Positions 36,153 through 45,628 are shown, numbered from the stretch's first letter. The stretch is DNA of 64,000 bases from an uncultured Gemmatimonas sp. (GCA_964556915.1 CAZKYG010000100.1:22566-86565); one strand, 5' to 3'. The notes: a model not told the origin generated them from the sequence alone. Program-made: numbers and translations.

Positions 36153-39002
36153 ATGACGACGAAATCCGGCCGGCGGCTTTTTCTCGTCGACGGATACGCG
36201 CTGATCTATCGCGCGTTCTTCGCGCTCGGCGACCACCAGCTCGTCAGCAGCCGCGGCGAGAATACGACGATTGCGCTGGGGGCTCAGGACTTCCTCCGCC
36301 GACTGCTCGAGCGCCATCACCCGGACGCGGTGGGATGGGTTCACGATGCCGGGCTCTCGTTCCGACATACGGTGTTCCCCGCCTACAAGGCGACACGGGA
36401 ACGGCTCGAGGCGGCACAACAGGCCGACTTTGACACGGGCGTCGCTCGTGTCGCCGACATTCTCGCCGGCTACCGGATCCCCATTCTTGCGCTTGACGGA
36501 TTCGAGGCGGACGACGTGATCGGCACTCTGGCCCGCCAGGCCCACGACGCCGGCGTTGAAACGGTCATCGTTTCCGGCGACAAGGACTTCATGCAGTTGG
36601 TGGGGCCGGGCGTGAAGGTGCTCAATCCCTGGCACGGCCGGCCGGGCGCCACGACGGAGAAATGGTACGACGAAACGAACGCTGGCGAACGCCTTGGGGT
36701 TGCCGCCGAACGCGTTGTCGACTACCTCGCCCTGCTGGGTGACACGTCGGACAACGTGCCGGGCGTACGCGGCATTGGCGACAAGACGGCGCGCGCGTTG
36801 ATCGAGCGCTGGGGACCTGTCGAGAATATGCTCGCGCACCTGTCCGAGCTCGAACCGGCGCGCGCAAGAACGGCCCTCGAGCAGCACGCCGCCGACGCGA
36901 TACTCTCCAAGCAGCTCGTGACGATCCGCACGGACTTGCCGATGCGGCTCGATCTTGACGCGCTGGAGGTTCGCGAGCCGGACTGGCCGCGCCTGCGCGA
37001 CCTCTTCGTCGTCCTCGAGTTCCGCGTGCCGGCGCAGGAAGCCGCCGAGCGAGCCGATGCGGCATCCGGTGCGCGCGAGGGGTCCGCGACACCGGACCTG
37101 TCCGCCGCCCGGGCCTACGAGGTGATCGAGTCGACCGAGCAACTCGGAGGCGTCATCGCCGCGGTGCGGGCCGCAGGTGCGATGACCATGAAATGCATGA
37201 CGGTGCTCGAGACCGGCGCGCCTCCCGCAACCACTCCAATGCGCAGTCGTCTGGTCGGACTCGCGATTGGCGTCGGAGGGGGGCGGGCGTTCTATTTGCC
37301 CTTTCGCCATCGTGCGGCGGACGCGGGTGCGCTGGCGCTCGACATCGGGAATGGGGACGCCACGGGGCCCGAAACCCCTGTTGGGCCACGCAACCTTCCG
37401 GCGCTGCAGGACAGCGCACTTGTGGGCATGCGCGCCCTGCTCGAGGACCCGGCGATCGCCAAGGCCGGGCACAATATCAAGTTCGACCTGCTGGTCCTGC
37501 GTCGCGAGGGGATCTCGCTGCGGGGCATGACGTTCGATTCGATGCTTGCGAGCTATCTGCTCGACCCCGGTCGGAGGTCGCACGCCATCGAGGCACTCGC
37601 CATCGAATTCCTGCAGCGATCCATGCCCACGCTCGACGACGTGACGGGCAAAGGCAAACAGCGGACACCGCTCGACCAAGTGCCGGTCGCCGAAGTCGCG
37701 AATCTCGGTGCGTCGGCGGCCGATGTGAACTGGGAGCTTCACGCGCTGCTTGCGCCGCGACTCGAGGGCGTTGGTGCCGCCGGCTTGCTGAGGGACGTGG
37801 AACTTCCGCTCGTGTCCGTGCTTGCCGAAATGGAGTGGACGGGAATCTGCATCGACGTCGCGTGGTTCCACTCGCTCAAGGCACGGTTTGCCCGGGAACG
37901 TGCGGTCGCCGAGGAGGCCATCTACACAGCTGCCGGAGAACAGTTCAACATCAACTCGAACCGCCAGCTGGCGACCATCCTGTTCGACCGAATGCATCTT
38001 CCCGTGCGGAAGAAGACGTCAACTGGCGCCAGCACGGACGCCTCCGTCCTGCAGCAACTCGCCGAGGAGGGGCATGAACTGCCGGCTCGGATCCTTGAGT
38101 ATCGCGAATTTGCCAAGCTCGAGAGCACGTACCTCGATACGCTGCCCGGGCTCGTCAACCCGGCCACGGGGCGGCTGCATACCTCGTATGATCAGGCGGT
38201 GGCGGCCACGGGCCGCCTCTCGTCGAGCGACCCCAACCTGCAGAATATCCCCATCCGGCGCGAACTGGGCCGTGACATCCGGCGGGGATTCATCCCGCGG
38301 GCAGGATGGAAACTGCTGGCGGCGGACTACTCGCAGGTCGAGCTGCGCCTGCTCGCACACCTGTCGGATGATCGGGGGTTCGTCGATGCGTTCATTGCCG
38401 GTGGCGACATCCACCGGCAAACGGCATCGATCATCTTCGGCGTTCCTGTCGATGCGGTAACATCGGAGATGCGCGCCCGCGCCAAGACGATCAACTTCGC
38501 GACGATCTACGGGCAGGGCGCTCACGCGTTGTCGCAGCAGCTGCGCATCGAACACGCCGAGGCGAAAGCGTTCATTGAAACGTATTTCGCACGGTTCGCC
38601 GGCGTGCGTGCGTTCCTGGACTCCACCGTGCAGTCCGCCAGGGAACGGGGGTATGTCGAAACGATCCTCGGGCGACGTCGATACATCCCGGAGCTGAAGG
38701 ATCGCAACTTCAATATCCGCGCCTTCGGCGAGCGCACCGCACAAAACTCGCCGATCCAGGGATCCGCCGCCGACCTGATCAAGGTGGCCATGCTCCGTGT
38801 GGCCGAGGCAATGCGCGCGGCGGGGCTCGAGGCCAGGATGCTGCTGCAGGTGCACGACGAGCTGGTGTTTGAAGCTCCGCCCGCCGAAATCGACGTGCTC
38901 ACCGGCGTCGTCCGGACCGCCATGACCACGGCGGTTCGCCTGAAGGTTCCGCTGGTGGTCGATATCGGTATCGGTGACAACTGGGTCGAGGCGAAGGCGT
39001 AA
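36153..39002 (+). CDS. polA: DNA polymerase I
   Basis: 949 aa with the 5'-nuclease N-terminus (LFLVDGYALIYRAFFA), the polymerase motifs DYSQVELRLLAHLS and QVHDELVFE, and RRxAKTINFATIYG. Confidence 0.97.
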   Translation: MTTKSGRRLFLVDGYALIYRAFFALGDHQLVSSRGENTTIALGAQDFLRRLLERHHPDAVGWVHDAGLSFRHTVFPAYKATRERLEAAQQADFDTGVARVADILAGYRIPILALDGFEADDVIGTLARQAHDAGVETVIVSGDKDFMQLVGPGVKVLNPWHGRPGATTEKWYDETNAGERLGVAAERVVDYLALLGDTSDNVPGVRGIGDKTARALIERWGPVENMLAHLSELEPARARTALEQHAADAILSKQLVTIRTDLPMRLDLDALEVREPDWPRLRDLFVVLEFRVPAQEAAERADAASGAREGSATPDLSAARAYEVIESTEQLGGVIAAVRAAGAMTMKCMTVLETGAPPATTPMRSRLVGLAIGVGGGRAFYLPFRHRAADAGALALDIGNGDATGPETPVGPRNLPALQDSALVGMRALLEDPAIAKAGHNIKFDLLVLRREGISLRGMTFDSMLASYLLDPGRRSHAIEALAIEFLQRSMPTLDDVTGKGKQRTPLDQVPVAEVANLGASAADVNWELHALLAPRLEGVGAAGLLRDVELPLVSVLAEMEWTGICIDVAWFHSLKARFARERAVAEEAIYTAAGEQFNINSNRQLATILFDRMHLPVRKKTSTGASTDASVLQQLAEEGHELPARILEYREFAKLESTYLDTLPGLVNPATGRLHTSYDQAVAATGRLSSSDPNLQNIPIRRELGRDIRRGFIPRAGWKLLAADYSQVELRLLAHLSDDRGFVDAFIAGGDIHRQTASIIFGVPVDAVTSEMRARAKTINFATIYGQGAHALSQQLRIEHAEAKAFIETYFARFAGVRAFLDSTVQSARERGYVETILGRRRYIPELKDRNFNIRAFGERTAQNSPIQGSAADLIKVAMLRVAEAMRAAGLEARMLLQVHDELVFEAPPAEIDVLTGVVRTAMTTAVRLKVPLVVDIGIGDNWVEAKA

Positions 39003-39072
39003 GGTGCCGGCAACACTCCGTTCAATCGGCGGTTGCGGACATTGCAGACTGCATGGCTTCGACGCGAAACGA

Positions 39073-39089
39073 GCGTCACATTGTGACGC
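39073..39089. promoter_or_regulatory. perfect 8-1-8 palindrome GCGTCACA-T-TGTGACGC upstream of the pilin gene
   Basis: Read directly from the sequence. It lies ~130 bp upstream of the pilin ATG and ~95 bp upstream of a weak -24/-12-like element (TGGTAT-N5-GCGC, 39169-39183). Confidence 0.3.
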
Positions 39090-39220
39090 AACGGGCCGTG
39101 CCCATGGCAAAAGCCGATAGCTGACATAGGTTTGCAGGAGCCCACGAAGCGCGGCCCTGCGCTTGCCATGGTATGTATCGCGCGACGACCGTCGGAACTC
39201 GTACCAGGAGCACGGGTGTG

Positions 39221-39631
39221 ATGTCCATCACAGAACGTCCAGCAGAGGGTCGGGCCGCTCGGGGCGGTTTTACGCTCATTGAGCTGCTGATCGTGGTTGT
39301 CATCATCGGAATTCTGGCTGCCATCGCGATTCCGAAGTTCCAGAACACGAAAGGCAAGGCAAACGCCGCTGCGCTCAAGACGGACCTGCGGAACCTTTCA
39401 ACCGCCGAAGAAGCGTATTTCTTCGAGAACGCGAGCTACACAACGGACACCAATCTCCTGAGCTATCACACGTCGCCCGGGGTGGTCATGACGATCGTCA
39501 CGGCGACGGCGTCGGGATGGGCGGCCAAGGCGACGCATCCGGCGTCGTTCCCCCTGACGTGCGCGCTCTTTGCCGGCAACGTGTCGGCACTCGCGCCGGC
39601 CACGGTCGAAGGCCTCATCGGTTGTCAATAG
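39221..39631 (+). CDS. type IV pilin / prepilin-type N-terminal methylation-domain protein
   Basis: The internal ATG at 39221 has AGGAG 10 nt upstream. Class III signal ..GRAARG|FTLIELLIVVVIIGILAAIAIPKF. No pilus assembly genes are nearby. Confidence 0.85.
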   Translation: MSITERPAEGRAARGGFTLIELLIVVVIIGILAAIAIPKFQNTKGKANAAALKTDLRNLSTAEEAYFFENASYTTDTNLLSYHTSPGVVMTIVTATASGWAAKATHPASFPLTCALFAGNVSALAPATVEGLIGCQ

Positions 39632-39699
39632 CGGAGCAGTCGCGCGCGGAGCATCCGTGGGCGGAGTTTCGCCGCTGGACTGACGGCGTACGGCACGCG

Positions 39700-39930
39700 A
39701 TGGCCGGAGGGCTCTGGCTGCATCGGCACACATGGCGGGGCAACTCCATGGCGCATCTCGTGTCAGCTGACATGGCACGGCTCGAGCATGTCGGGCTTGC
39801 GTTGGGACTTCATCCGTCGCGACTCCAGTTCCGCCCGCTGAAGGACCCGGCATCAGGCACGCGCCGTCCGGCGTGGCATTGGGATCTGGTGGGGGGCTGG
39901 GTTCCCGAAAGACCGGACGGGCGCGACTAG
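39700..39930 (+). CDS. small DUF4031-like protein
   Basis: 76 aa from the ATG at 39700: MAGGLWLHRHTWRGNSMAHLVSADMARLEHVGLALGLHPSRLQF...WHWDL. This resembles the DUF4031 pattern (W..HL.SD...ELH.FA..LGL....F....HYD.). Recognition is from memory. Confidence 0.4.
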   Translation: MAGGLWLHRHTWRGNSMAHLVSADMARLEHVGLALGLHPSRLQFRPLKDPASGTRRPAWHWDLVGGWVPERPDGRD

Positions 39931-40841
39931 GGCGGCCCCTCGATCGCGCGGCCGAGTGCCGCCGGGGCGGCTTGCGCTCCGCGCAGCGCCGCCAGTGCGA
40001 CGAGGGTCACGACATAGGGCATGGCGAGGAGGAGGTTATAGGGTACGCCAGAGCCATACGACTGCACGAGGTACTGCGTGGCGCTCACTGCGCCAAAGAG
40101 CAACGACCCCGCGACCACTCCCCTCACGGTCCAGCCGCCGAGTGCCACAACCGCAATCGCGATGAATCCCCGGCCGGCCGAGATGCCATCGGCGAACACG
40201 CCGGCTTGCGCGACGACGAGCGTCGCACCCGCAAGACCGGCGAGCATGCCGCCGAACGTGATTGCGGCAATTTGAATGCGCTGGGGATCGCGACCGGCTC
40301 CGCGTGCCGCGAGCGGGCTCTCCCCAACGGCACGAAGAGCCACCCCGGCGACCGTTCGATACAGCATGCCGGCCACGAGGGGCACGATCAGATACAACAC
40401 ATAGGTTGGAACGGGCTGATCGAAAAAGGCGCTCCCGATGAGCGGCAATCGGTCGAACCCGGGAACCGGGAACGATGGCAACGTCGGCACGTGCACGTCG
40501 TCCGTCCCGGCCAGCAGGCTGCGGTGCATTGTGGCCGCGATGCCCAATCCGAGCATGCTGATCGCGGTACCTGCAATGACCTGCTGTGCGCGCAACCGGG
40601 TCACGAACAGTCCAAACACCAGCGAGAGGGCGAGGCCAGCACCGGCCCCTGCCAGCAGCCCGGCTGCCGGCCCCGCGGCGGCGGCGGCAACCGTTGCCAC
40701 CACCGCTCCCACGCTAATGGCTCCTTCAAGGCCGATGTTGATCACGCCGCTCCGCTCCACCACAAGCTCGCCGATGGCGGCGAGCCCGATCGGGGTTGCG
40801 CCGCGGACGACGGCGCCAAGCAGGTCGTCAGGAACCGGCAT
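39927..40841 (-). CDS. ABC transporter permease (BMP/nucleoside-type system)
   Basis: From the ATG at 40841: ..GELVVERSGVINIGLEGAISVGAVV.. is typical of the simple-sugar/nucleoside permease family, with multiple TM segments. Confidence 0.85.
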   Translation of the reverse strand: MPVPDDLLGAVVRGATPIGLAAIGELVVERSGVINIGLEGAISVGAVVATVAAAAAGPAAGLLAGAGAGLALSLVFGLFVTRLRAQQVIAGTAISMLGLGIAATMHRSLLAGTDDVHVPTLPSFPVPGFDRLPLIGSAFFDQPVPTYVLYLIVPLVAGMLYRTVAGVALRAVGESPLAARGAGRDPQRIQIAAITFGGMLAGLAGATLVVAQAGVFADGISAGRGFIAIAVVALGGWTVRGVVAGSLLFGAVSATQYLVQSYGSGVPYNLLLAMPYVVTLVALAALRGAQAAPAALGRAIEGPP

Positions 40842-41889
40842 CGGACCGGATCGGAGCGGGTGCGGCCCCTCGCGCACGCTGCACCGTTGAGGCGATGAGC
40901 ATCCCGAGAATCATCATGGCCGCGGCAATGGACGCGAACTCCGGAGGAATCCCGGCATCGCGTTGCATGCCGTCGGCGCCAGCGGCAAGCGCACCGAACA
41001 GCAGTGCCGATACCACGACGCCGCCGGCGCCGAGCCCGCCGAGAAGGGCAACCGCGATCGCCGTGTACCCGTACCCGGGCGACAAGCCCTCGTAGAGTCC
41101 GTACGTCACGCCGGCCACCTCGCAGCAGCCGGCGAGGCCGGCGATCGCGCCGCTGGCAATGAGCGCGCGCGCCTGAACCGCGCCGACATCAATGAGTCCG
41201 GCGCTGTATGCCACCGAGGGGCTTGCACCAACCACCCGCATCCGGAAACCGGCGGCAGTGCGCTGAAAGAACCACCATGCGCCGATCGCCACCGCGACGG
41301 CAATCACGAAGCCCCAGTGGAGGCGCTGTCCGGGAAGCAGGATCGGGAGCCGCCCTGCCGGAGCGATTTGCGGCGTCTGCGGGTAGGAATGCGACGGTTC
41401 CTGCAGCGGACCGCGCACAAGGTAGCCGATGAGATTGGTTGCGACGAAGTTGAGGAGCAGGGTGCTCACGACCTCGCCTACGGCGTATCGGCGCTTGAGC
41501 ACGGCCGCGCCGCCTGCCCACGCGGCCCCGGCGCAAGCGCCGACGAGCAGTTCCATGGGTAACAACACCATACGCGGCCAGCTCGAGAACGTCAGCGCAA
41601 CGGCAACGGACGCGGCCGCACCCGCCAGGAACTGGCCGTCGGCACCAATGTTGAGTACTCCGGCGCGAAACGCGACGGATATGGCAATGCCGAGCGTCAG
41701 CAATGGCGTCGCGCGCTTGAGCGTCCCGGAGAAAAACGCGAAGGGACTTCCGAACGCGGCATTCCAGGCGGCGCTCCCCGCCCTGCTCGCGTCATAGCCG
41801 GCGGCCCAGATGCACACGGCAACCAGAGCGATCGAGGCGAAAAAAACGGCGGCCGCCGTCCCGCGAACCCTCGGCAGCCCGCTGGTCAT
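40828..41889 (-). CDS. ABC transporter permease (BMP/nucleoside-type system)
   Basis: From the ATG at 41889 (ATGA overlap with the ATPase stop): ..RAGVLNIGADGQFLAGAAA.. with multiple TM segments. The long Arg-rich N-terminal extension in the ORF track is rejected. Confidence 0.85.
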   Translation of the reverse strand: MTSGLPRVRGTAAAVFFASIALVAVCIWAAGYDASRAGSAAWNAAFGSPFAFFSGTLKRATPLLTLGIAISVAFRAGVLNIGADGQFLAGAAASVAVALTFSSWPRMVLLPMELLVGACAGAAWAGGAAVLKRRYAVGEVVSTLLLNFVATNLIGYLVRGPLQEPSHSYPQTPQIAPAGRLPILLPGQRLHWGFVIAVAVAIGAWWFFQRTAAGFRMRVVGASPSVAYSAGLIDVGAVQARALIASGAIAGLAGCCEVAGVTYGLYEGLSPGYGYTAIAVALLGGLGAGGVVVSALLFGALAAGADGMQRDAGIPPEFASIAAAMMILGMLIASTVQRARGAAPAPIRSDAGS

Positions 41890-43349
41890 GCAACCCCGAC
41901 GAGCGCGGCGCCAATCGCGTCGGCGCGCATCGGCACTTCGCGTACCTGTCCGCCACGACAGACGATGACGCGGTCGGCGACATCCAGAAGTTCGTCGATG
42001 TCGATTGAATGCACGACCACGGCAGCGCCTGCTGCCGCCCGGGCCCGAAGGGCCTGCAGCGCCGCCGCCGACGCGCGAATATCGAGGCCGCGGGTCGGAC
42101 TCTCCGCGATGACGGCGTCGGGCGAGTTGTCGCACTCGCGCGCAAGGACGAAACGTTGCTGGTTGCCCCCGGAAAGCGCACCGGCAAGGGTGGCGGGCCC
42201 CCCCCCACGAACGTCGAATTCCGCGATGCCGCGTGCTGTTCGCTCCGCTTCGGTTCGCCACGCGATGCGGCCCCTCCGCCTGCCACTGGCGCGGAGGATG
42301 AAGTTTTCCGTGAGAGAGAAATCGGCGACAAGGGCTTCGCGGAGGCGGTCCTCCGGAATGAAGCCGATGGCGTCCGGGCCTTCGACGGTTCCGGTCTGCG
42401 GTGTAAGCCGGCCGGCGAGCGCGCGCAACAACTCTCGATGGCCCGCTCCCTCTACGCCCGCGACGCCGAGCACTTCGCCACGCCGGACCACCAGCGAGGC
42501 TTCACGCACCCGGACGACACCCTTCTCGTCGGCAATCGTCGCTGCGGTCGCGCGCAGGACAACGTCGCCATGCGAAGCGATCGACTCGGCATGGCGCCCT
42601 GCGCGCAGACCCGATCCCGGAGACGCTTCGCCCAGGATTGCCCTGAGCACATCGCCTTCTGTTTCGCCGCGATGTGGCGCTTCGAGCACGGTGCGTCCGC
42701 GGCGGAGCACCGTGATGGCATCGCCGTTGGCCCGCGCTTCGCGAACGTGATGCGTGATGACGACCGCCGCATTGCCGCCATCGACGAATGTTCGCAGCCA
42801 TTCGTACAAGGCGAGTGACTCTGCCGGAGCCAGCACCGCTGTTGGCTCATCGAGGATCAGGATCCGCGGCGGTTTCGCGAGCGCCTTGATGATCTCCACC
42901 CGCTGCTGGCCCGACACGGGAAGGTCGCCGATCACTGCGTTGGCGTCGACGGACAACCCGATGCGCGTTGAGATCTCTTCCACGGTTCTCGCCGCACGAC
43001 GGGGGGAAAACCCAGTCAGTGCGCCAGGCCCCGCAAGGGCAACGTTCTCGGCGACAGTCATCGTCGGAACGAGGCCAAAGTGCTGCTCAACCGTGCCAAC
43101 GCCCCCGGCAATCGCCTCCGCACGGGAGCGCCACCTGCGTTCGGCGCCGTCCAGCAGTATCGTGCCGCCGTCCGGTCGCTCGAGCCCGGCGGCGATGCGC
43201 AGGAGGGTTGTCTTCCCCGCCCCGTTCTCCCCGAGCAGCATGTGCAAGGTGCCGGGCTGTACGCACAGCGATGCGCCAGTGAGCGCAACGGTGGAGCCGA
43301 ACCGCTTGTCGATGGAACGAAGCTCGAGTGCCGGCGTCGGCGTGATCAC
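41886..43349 (-). CDS. ABC transporter ATP-binding protein (duplicated NBD)
   Basis: 487 aa with a GTG start. Walker A GENGAGKTT, signature LSGGNQQR, and two nucleotide-binding domains. Confidence 0.9.
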   Translation of the reverse strand: MITPTPALELRSIDKRFGSTVALTGASLCVQPGTLHMLLGENGAGKTTLLRIAAGLERPDGGTILLDGAERRWRSRAEAIAGGVGTVEQHFGLVPTMTVAENVALAGPGALTGFSPRRAARTVEEISTRIGLSVDANAVIGDLPVSGQQRVEIIKALAKPPRILILDEPTAVLAPAESLALYEWLRTFVDGGNAAVVITHHVREARANGDAITVLRRGRTVLEAPHRGETEGDVLRAILGEASPGSGLRAGRHAESIASHGDVVLRATAATIADEKGVVRVREASLVVRRGEVLGVAGVEGAGHRELLRALAGRLTPQTGTVEGPDAIGFIPEDRLREALVADFSLTENFILRASGRRRGRIAWRTEAERTARGIAEFDVRGGGPATLAGALSGGNQQRFVLARECDNSPDAVIAESPTRGLDIRASAAALQALRARAAAGAAVVVHSIDIDELLDVADRVIVCRGGQVREVPMRADAIGAALVGVA

Positions 43350-44122
43350 AACCCGGTTGGTGCTGCGATGAAGTCGTGCGGGATGCCAAATGTCCTACCG
43401 AGATGATCACCCAGGGCCATCACGCCGAGCGCCTCGGTCGCATAGTGGCCGGCGTAGATGATGACGAGGTCGCGCTCCGGTGCTTCCACTGCGCTCCAGT
43501 GCGGTCCTTCGCCGACAATCAGCGTGTCGATTCCGGCGGTTCGCGCCTCCGCCAGAGTGGCGGGGTCCACGCTTGCGCCAGAGCAGATTCCCCATCGCCG
43601 CGTGCGCCGCTCGGCGTCCATCGCTGTCGCGGTGGCCCAGCCGCCATGCACAGCAGCAAAGGCGCGCGCCTGTTCCAGGAGATCCGACGTGGGCATGTCG
43701 GCATCGCCCTGGACGCCGCATGTCACCCCACGCACCGTGGCGAATCCGTCGCGCACCGTCAGGCCGAGGCGGTCGGCCAGCAAGCGAGAGTTGCCGATCG
43801 TCGCGTGCGCATCCAGGGGCAGATGTGCCGAATACACCGCGACGTCATGCTCCACAAGCAGTCGAATGCGCTCGTAGTGGTGGTGCGTGATCGGCGTCAC
43901 TCCACTCCAAAAAAGGCCGTGGTGAACAACCAGGAGGTTCGCGTCCGCGCCAATCGCACCCGAAATGGTGCGGTGCGATGCATCCACGGCCGTTGCCACC
44001 TTCCGCACGGGACCGCGATGTGCGAACTGGAGCCCGTTGAGGGCGTTCGGATAGTCCGGCACCGACGCCACATCGAGCAACGCGTCGAGCTCCGCGACAA
44101 TCCTCGCGAGCCCAACAGTCAC
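43346..44122 (-). CDS. Nif3-like dinuclear metal centre protein
   Basis: 258 aa from GTG 44122 (GTGA overlaps on both sides): ..NGLQFAHRG.VRKVATAVDAS...ADANLLVVHHGLFW.. and ..YSAHLPLDAH.. match the NIF3/YbgI family. Confidence 0.82.
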   Translation of the reverse strand: MTVGLARIVAELDALLDVASVPDYPNALNGLQFAHRGPVRKVATAVDASHRTISGAIGADANLLVVHHGLFWSGVTPITHHHYERIRLLVEHDVAVYSAHLPLDAHATIGNSRLLADRLGLTVRDGFATVRGVTCGVQGDADMPTSDLLEQARAFAAVHGGWATATAMDAERRTRRWGICSGASVDPATLAEARTAGIDTLIVGEGPHWSAVEAPERDLVIIYAGHYATEALGVMALGDHLGRTFGIPHDFIAAPTGL

Positions 44123-45096
44123 CGGGCGCCTGCGGGAAGCGTGAACGATCCGGCGCGCATTGCCCGCTGCACTGTATCCATTGCGGCACGTGCTGCCGCA
44201 GGGATGCTGTCGAGTAGTGCCGGATTCGGCTCCCAGCGCACAACATCGTCGCGGGTCGTGAGTCGCACGACCCGCGCGATGAAAGTGCCCGCCCTCACGT
44301 CGCGTGCTACGCGAAGGAACGCATGCGGGATGTCGACGACGACACTTCCGATCGTTTGGTTCGGCGCAAGATCGTTCTGGTTCGCGTTGGACCCGATTAC
44401 GCGGATACCACGCCCTTCGCGCGCTGCCTGAAATACGCCAAGGCCGGCGGCATCGGCATCCTGGAACACGACATCGGCACCCCGGCGCGCCAGGGCCAGC
44501 GCTTGCTCGCGGCCGGCGCTCACGTCGTCCCAATTGCCGATGTAGGCGGTGATCACCTGAATGCCTGGCCGAATGGCTCGGGCGCCGGCTGTGAACGCAG
44601 AGAATGCCGACTTCACGGGTGGCAGCTCCGTCCCGCCGACACACGCAACTATTCCCGAGCCCGTCAGCGCGCCCGCCGCCATTCCCGCGAGATACGCGGG
44701 CTCGTCGAAGGCGAAAGCCAGTGGTGCAACATTGGCGCGGACCGTGTCGCCTCCCGTGGTGACGAAAACGGTCTTCGGATACTCGGGGGCCACCCGGGCT
44801 GCAGCGTCTTGAAACTCGAACCCGTGACCGATGACGAGTGCATAGCCAGCGGCACCGTATTGGCGGAAGTTCTCCTCGAAATCGCCTGGTGTTCGTACCT
44901 GGATATGGCTGACAGTTGCGCCGAGGCTGTCGCGGATGCGTTCGAGTCCCATGTAGGCACTTGCGTTCCACGACTTGTCAGAAATCGGGCCTGGCGTCAG
45001 CAGGGCAACCTTGAAGTCCCGTGGCCCGCGTTGGCTTTCGTGGCACGCCGAAGCGAGGACTCCCGCGAGCGCGAGCAGCAGCGAAAGCGGCGACAT
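44119..45096 (-). CDS. BMP-family ABC transporter substrate-binding lipoprotein
   Basis: From the ATG at 45096: signal plus lipobox MSPLSLLLALAGVLASAC, then KVALLTPGPISDKSWNASAYMGLERI.., typical of Med/PnrA-type binding proteins. Confidence 0.85.
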   Translation of the reverse strand: MSPLSLLLALAGVLASACHESQRGPRDFKVALLTPGPISDKSWNASAYMGLERIRDSLGATVSHIQVRTPGDFEENFRQYGAAGYALVIGHGFEFQDAAARVAPEYPKTVFVTTGGDTVRANVAPLAFAFDEPAYLAGMAAGALTGSGIVACVGGTELPPVKSAFSAFTAGARAIRPGIQVITAYIGNWDDVSAGREQALALARRGADVVFQDADAAGLGVFQAAREGRGIRVIGSNANQNDLAPNQTIGSVVVDIPHAFLRVARDVRAGTFIARVVRLTTRDDVVRWEPNPALLDSIPAAARAAMDTVQRAMRAGSFTLPAGAR

Positions 45097-45174
45097 TCTC
45101 CACGCTATTTCAAACGGGGACAGCGACTTGCGGCAGAACGCAAACATATGTCTTGGGCCGACGGCTCCTTTCGT

Positions 45175-45597
45175 TTATCCCCTGGCGAGGCGCAGGGGCT
45201 CGGTTCGTGGCGCCACTGATTCATTCATCCTGACCAGACCATTGATACGGGCCCCCTCAATGACCACGATGGATCGTGTATCGATGTCGCCCTTTACGGA
45301 CGCGGTTGATTGCAGTTCGAGGCGGTCAGAGGCGATAACCGATCCCTCGACGCTGCCACCTACCACAATCTCACCCCCTGCAACGTTGCCGCGAACAACA
45401 CCACCGCGACCCAGCAGCACCTGCCTCGCACCGGTGATTGAGCCGTTGATCTCGCCGTCAACTTTGATCACGCCAGACGTTTCGACGTCACCCGTGACCT
45501 TCATCCCGGCGGCCACGATTGAGAGAACGGCTTCCACTGGTGTTCCCGCGGGTCGAGTCTCGGGTCGACTGGATACCTCTTTGCCGAACATTGCCAT
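45175..45597 (-). CDS. bactofilin (polymer-forming cytoskeletal protein)
   Basis: 140 aa from the ATG at 45597. It has the repetitive beta-helix pattern ..VTGDVETSGVIKVDGEINGSITGARQVLLGRGGVVRGNVAGGEIVVGGSVEGSV... Confidence 0.85.
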   Translation of the reverse strand: MAMFGKEVSSRPETRPAGTPVEAVLSIVAAGMKVTGDVETSGVIKVDGEINGSITGARQVLLGRGGVVRGNVAGGEIVVGGSVEGSVIASDRLELQSTASVKGDIDTRSIVVIEGARINGLVRMNESVAPRTEPLRLARG

Positions 45598-45628
45598 GGC
45601 GTCTCCTGGCGTCTGGTGGGTGGGGTGC

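Noticed and set aside
36111-37997. 628-aa ORF on the minus strand (also 38019-39110, 363 aa)
   Set aside because: It is antisense to polA, has no recognisable motifs, and has shadow-ORF composition.
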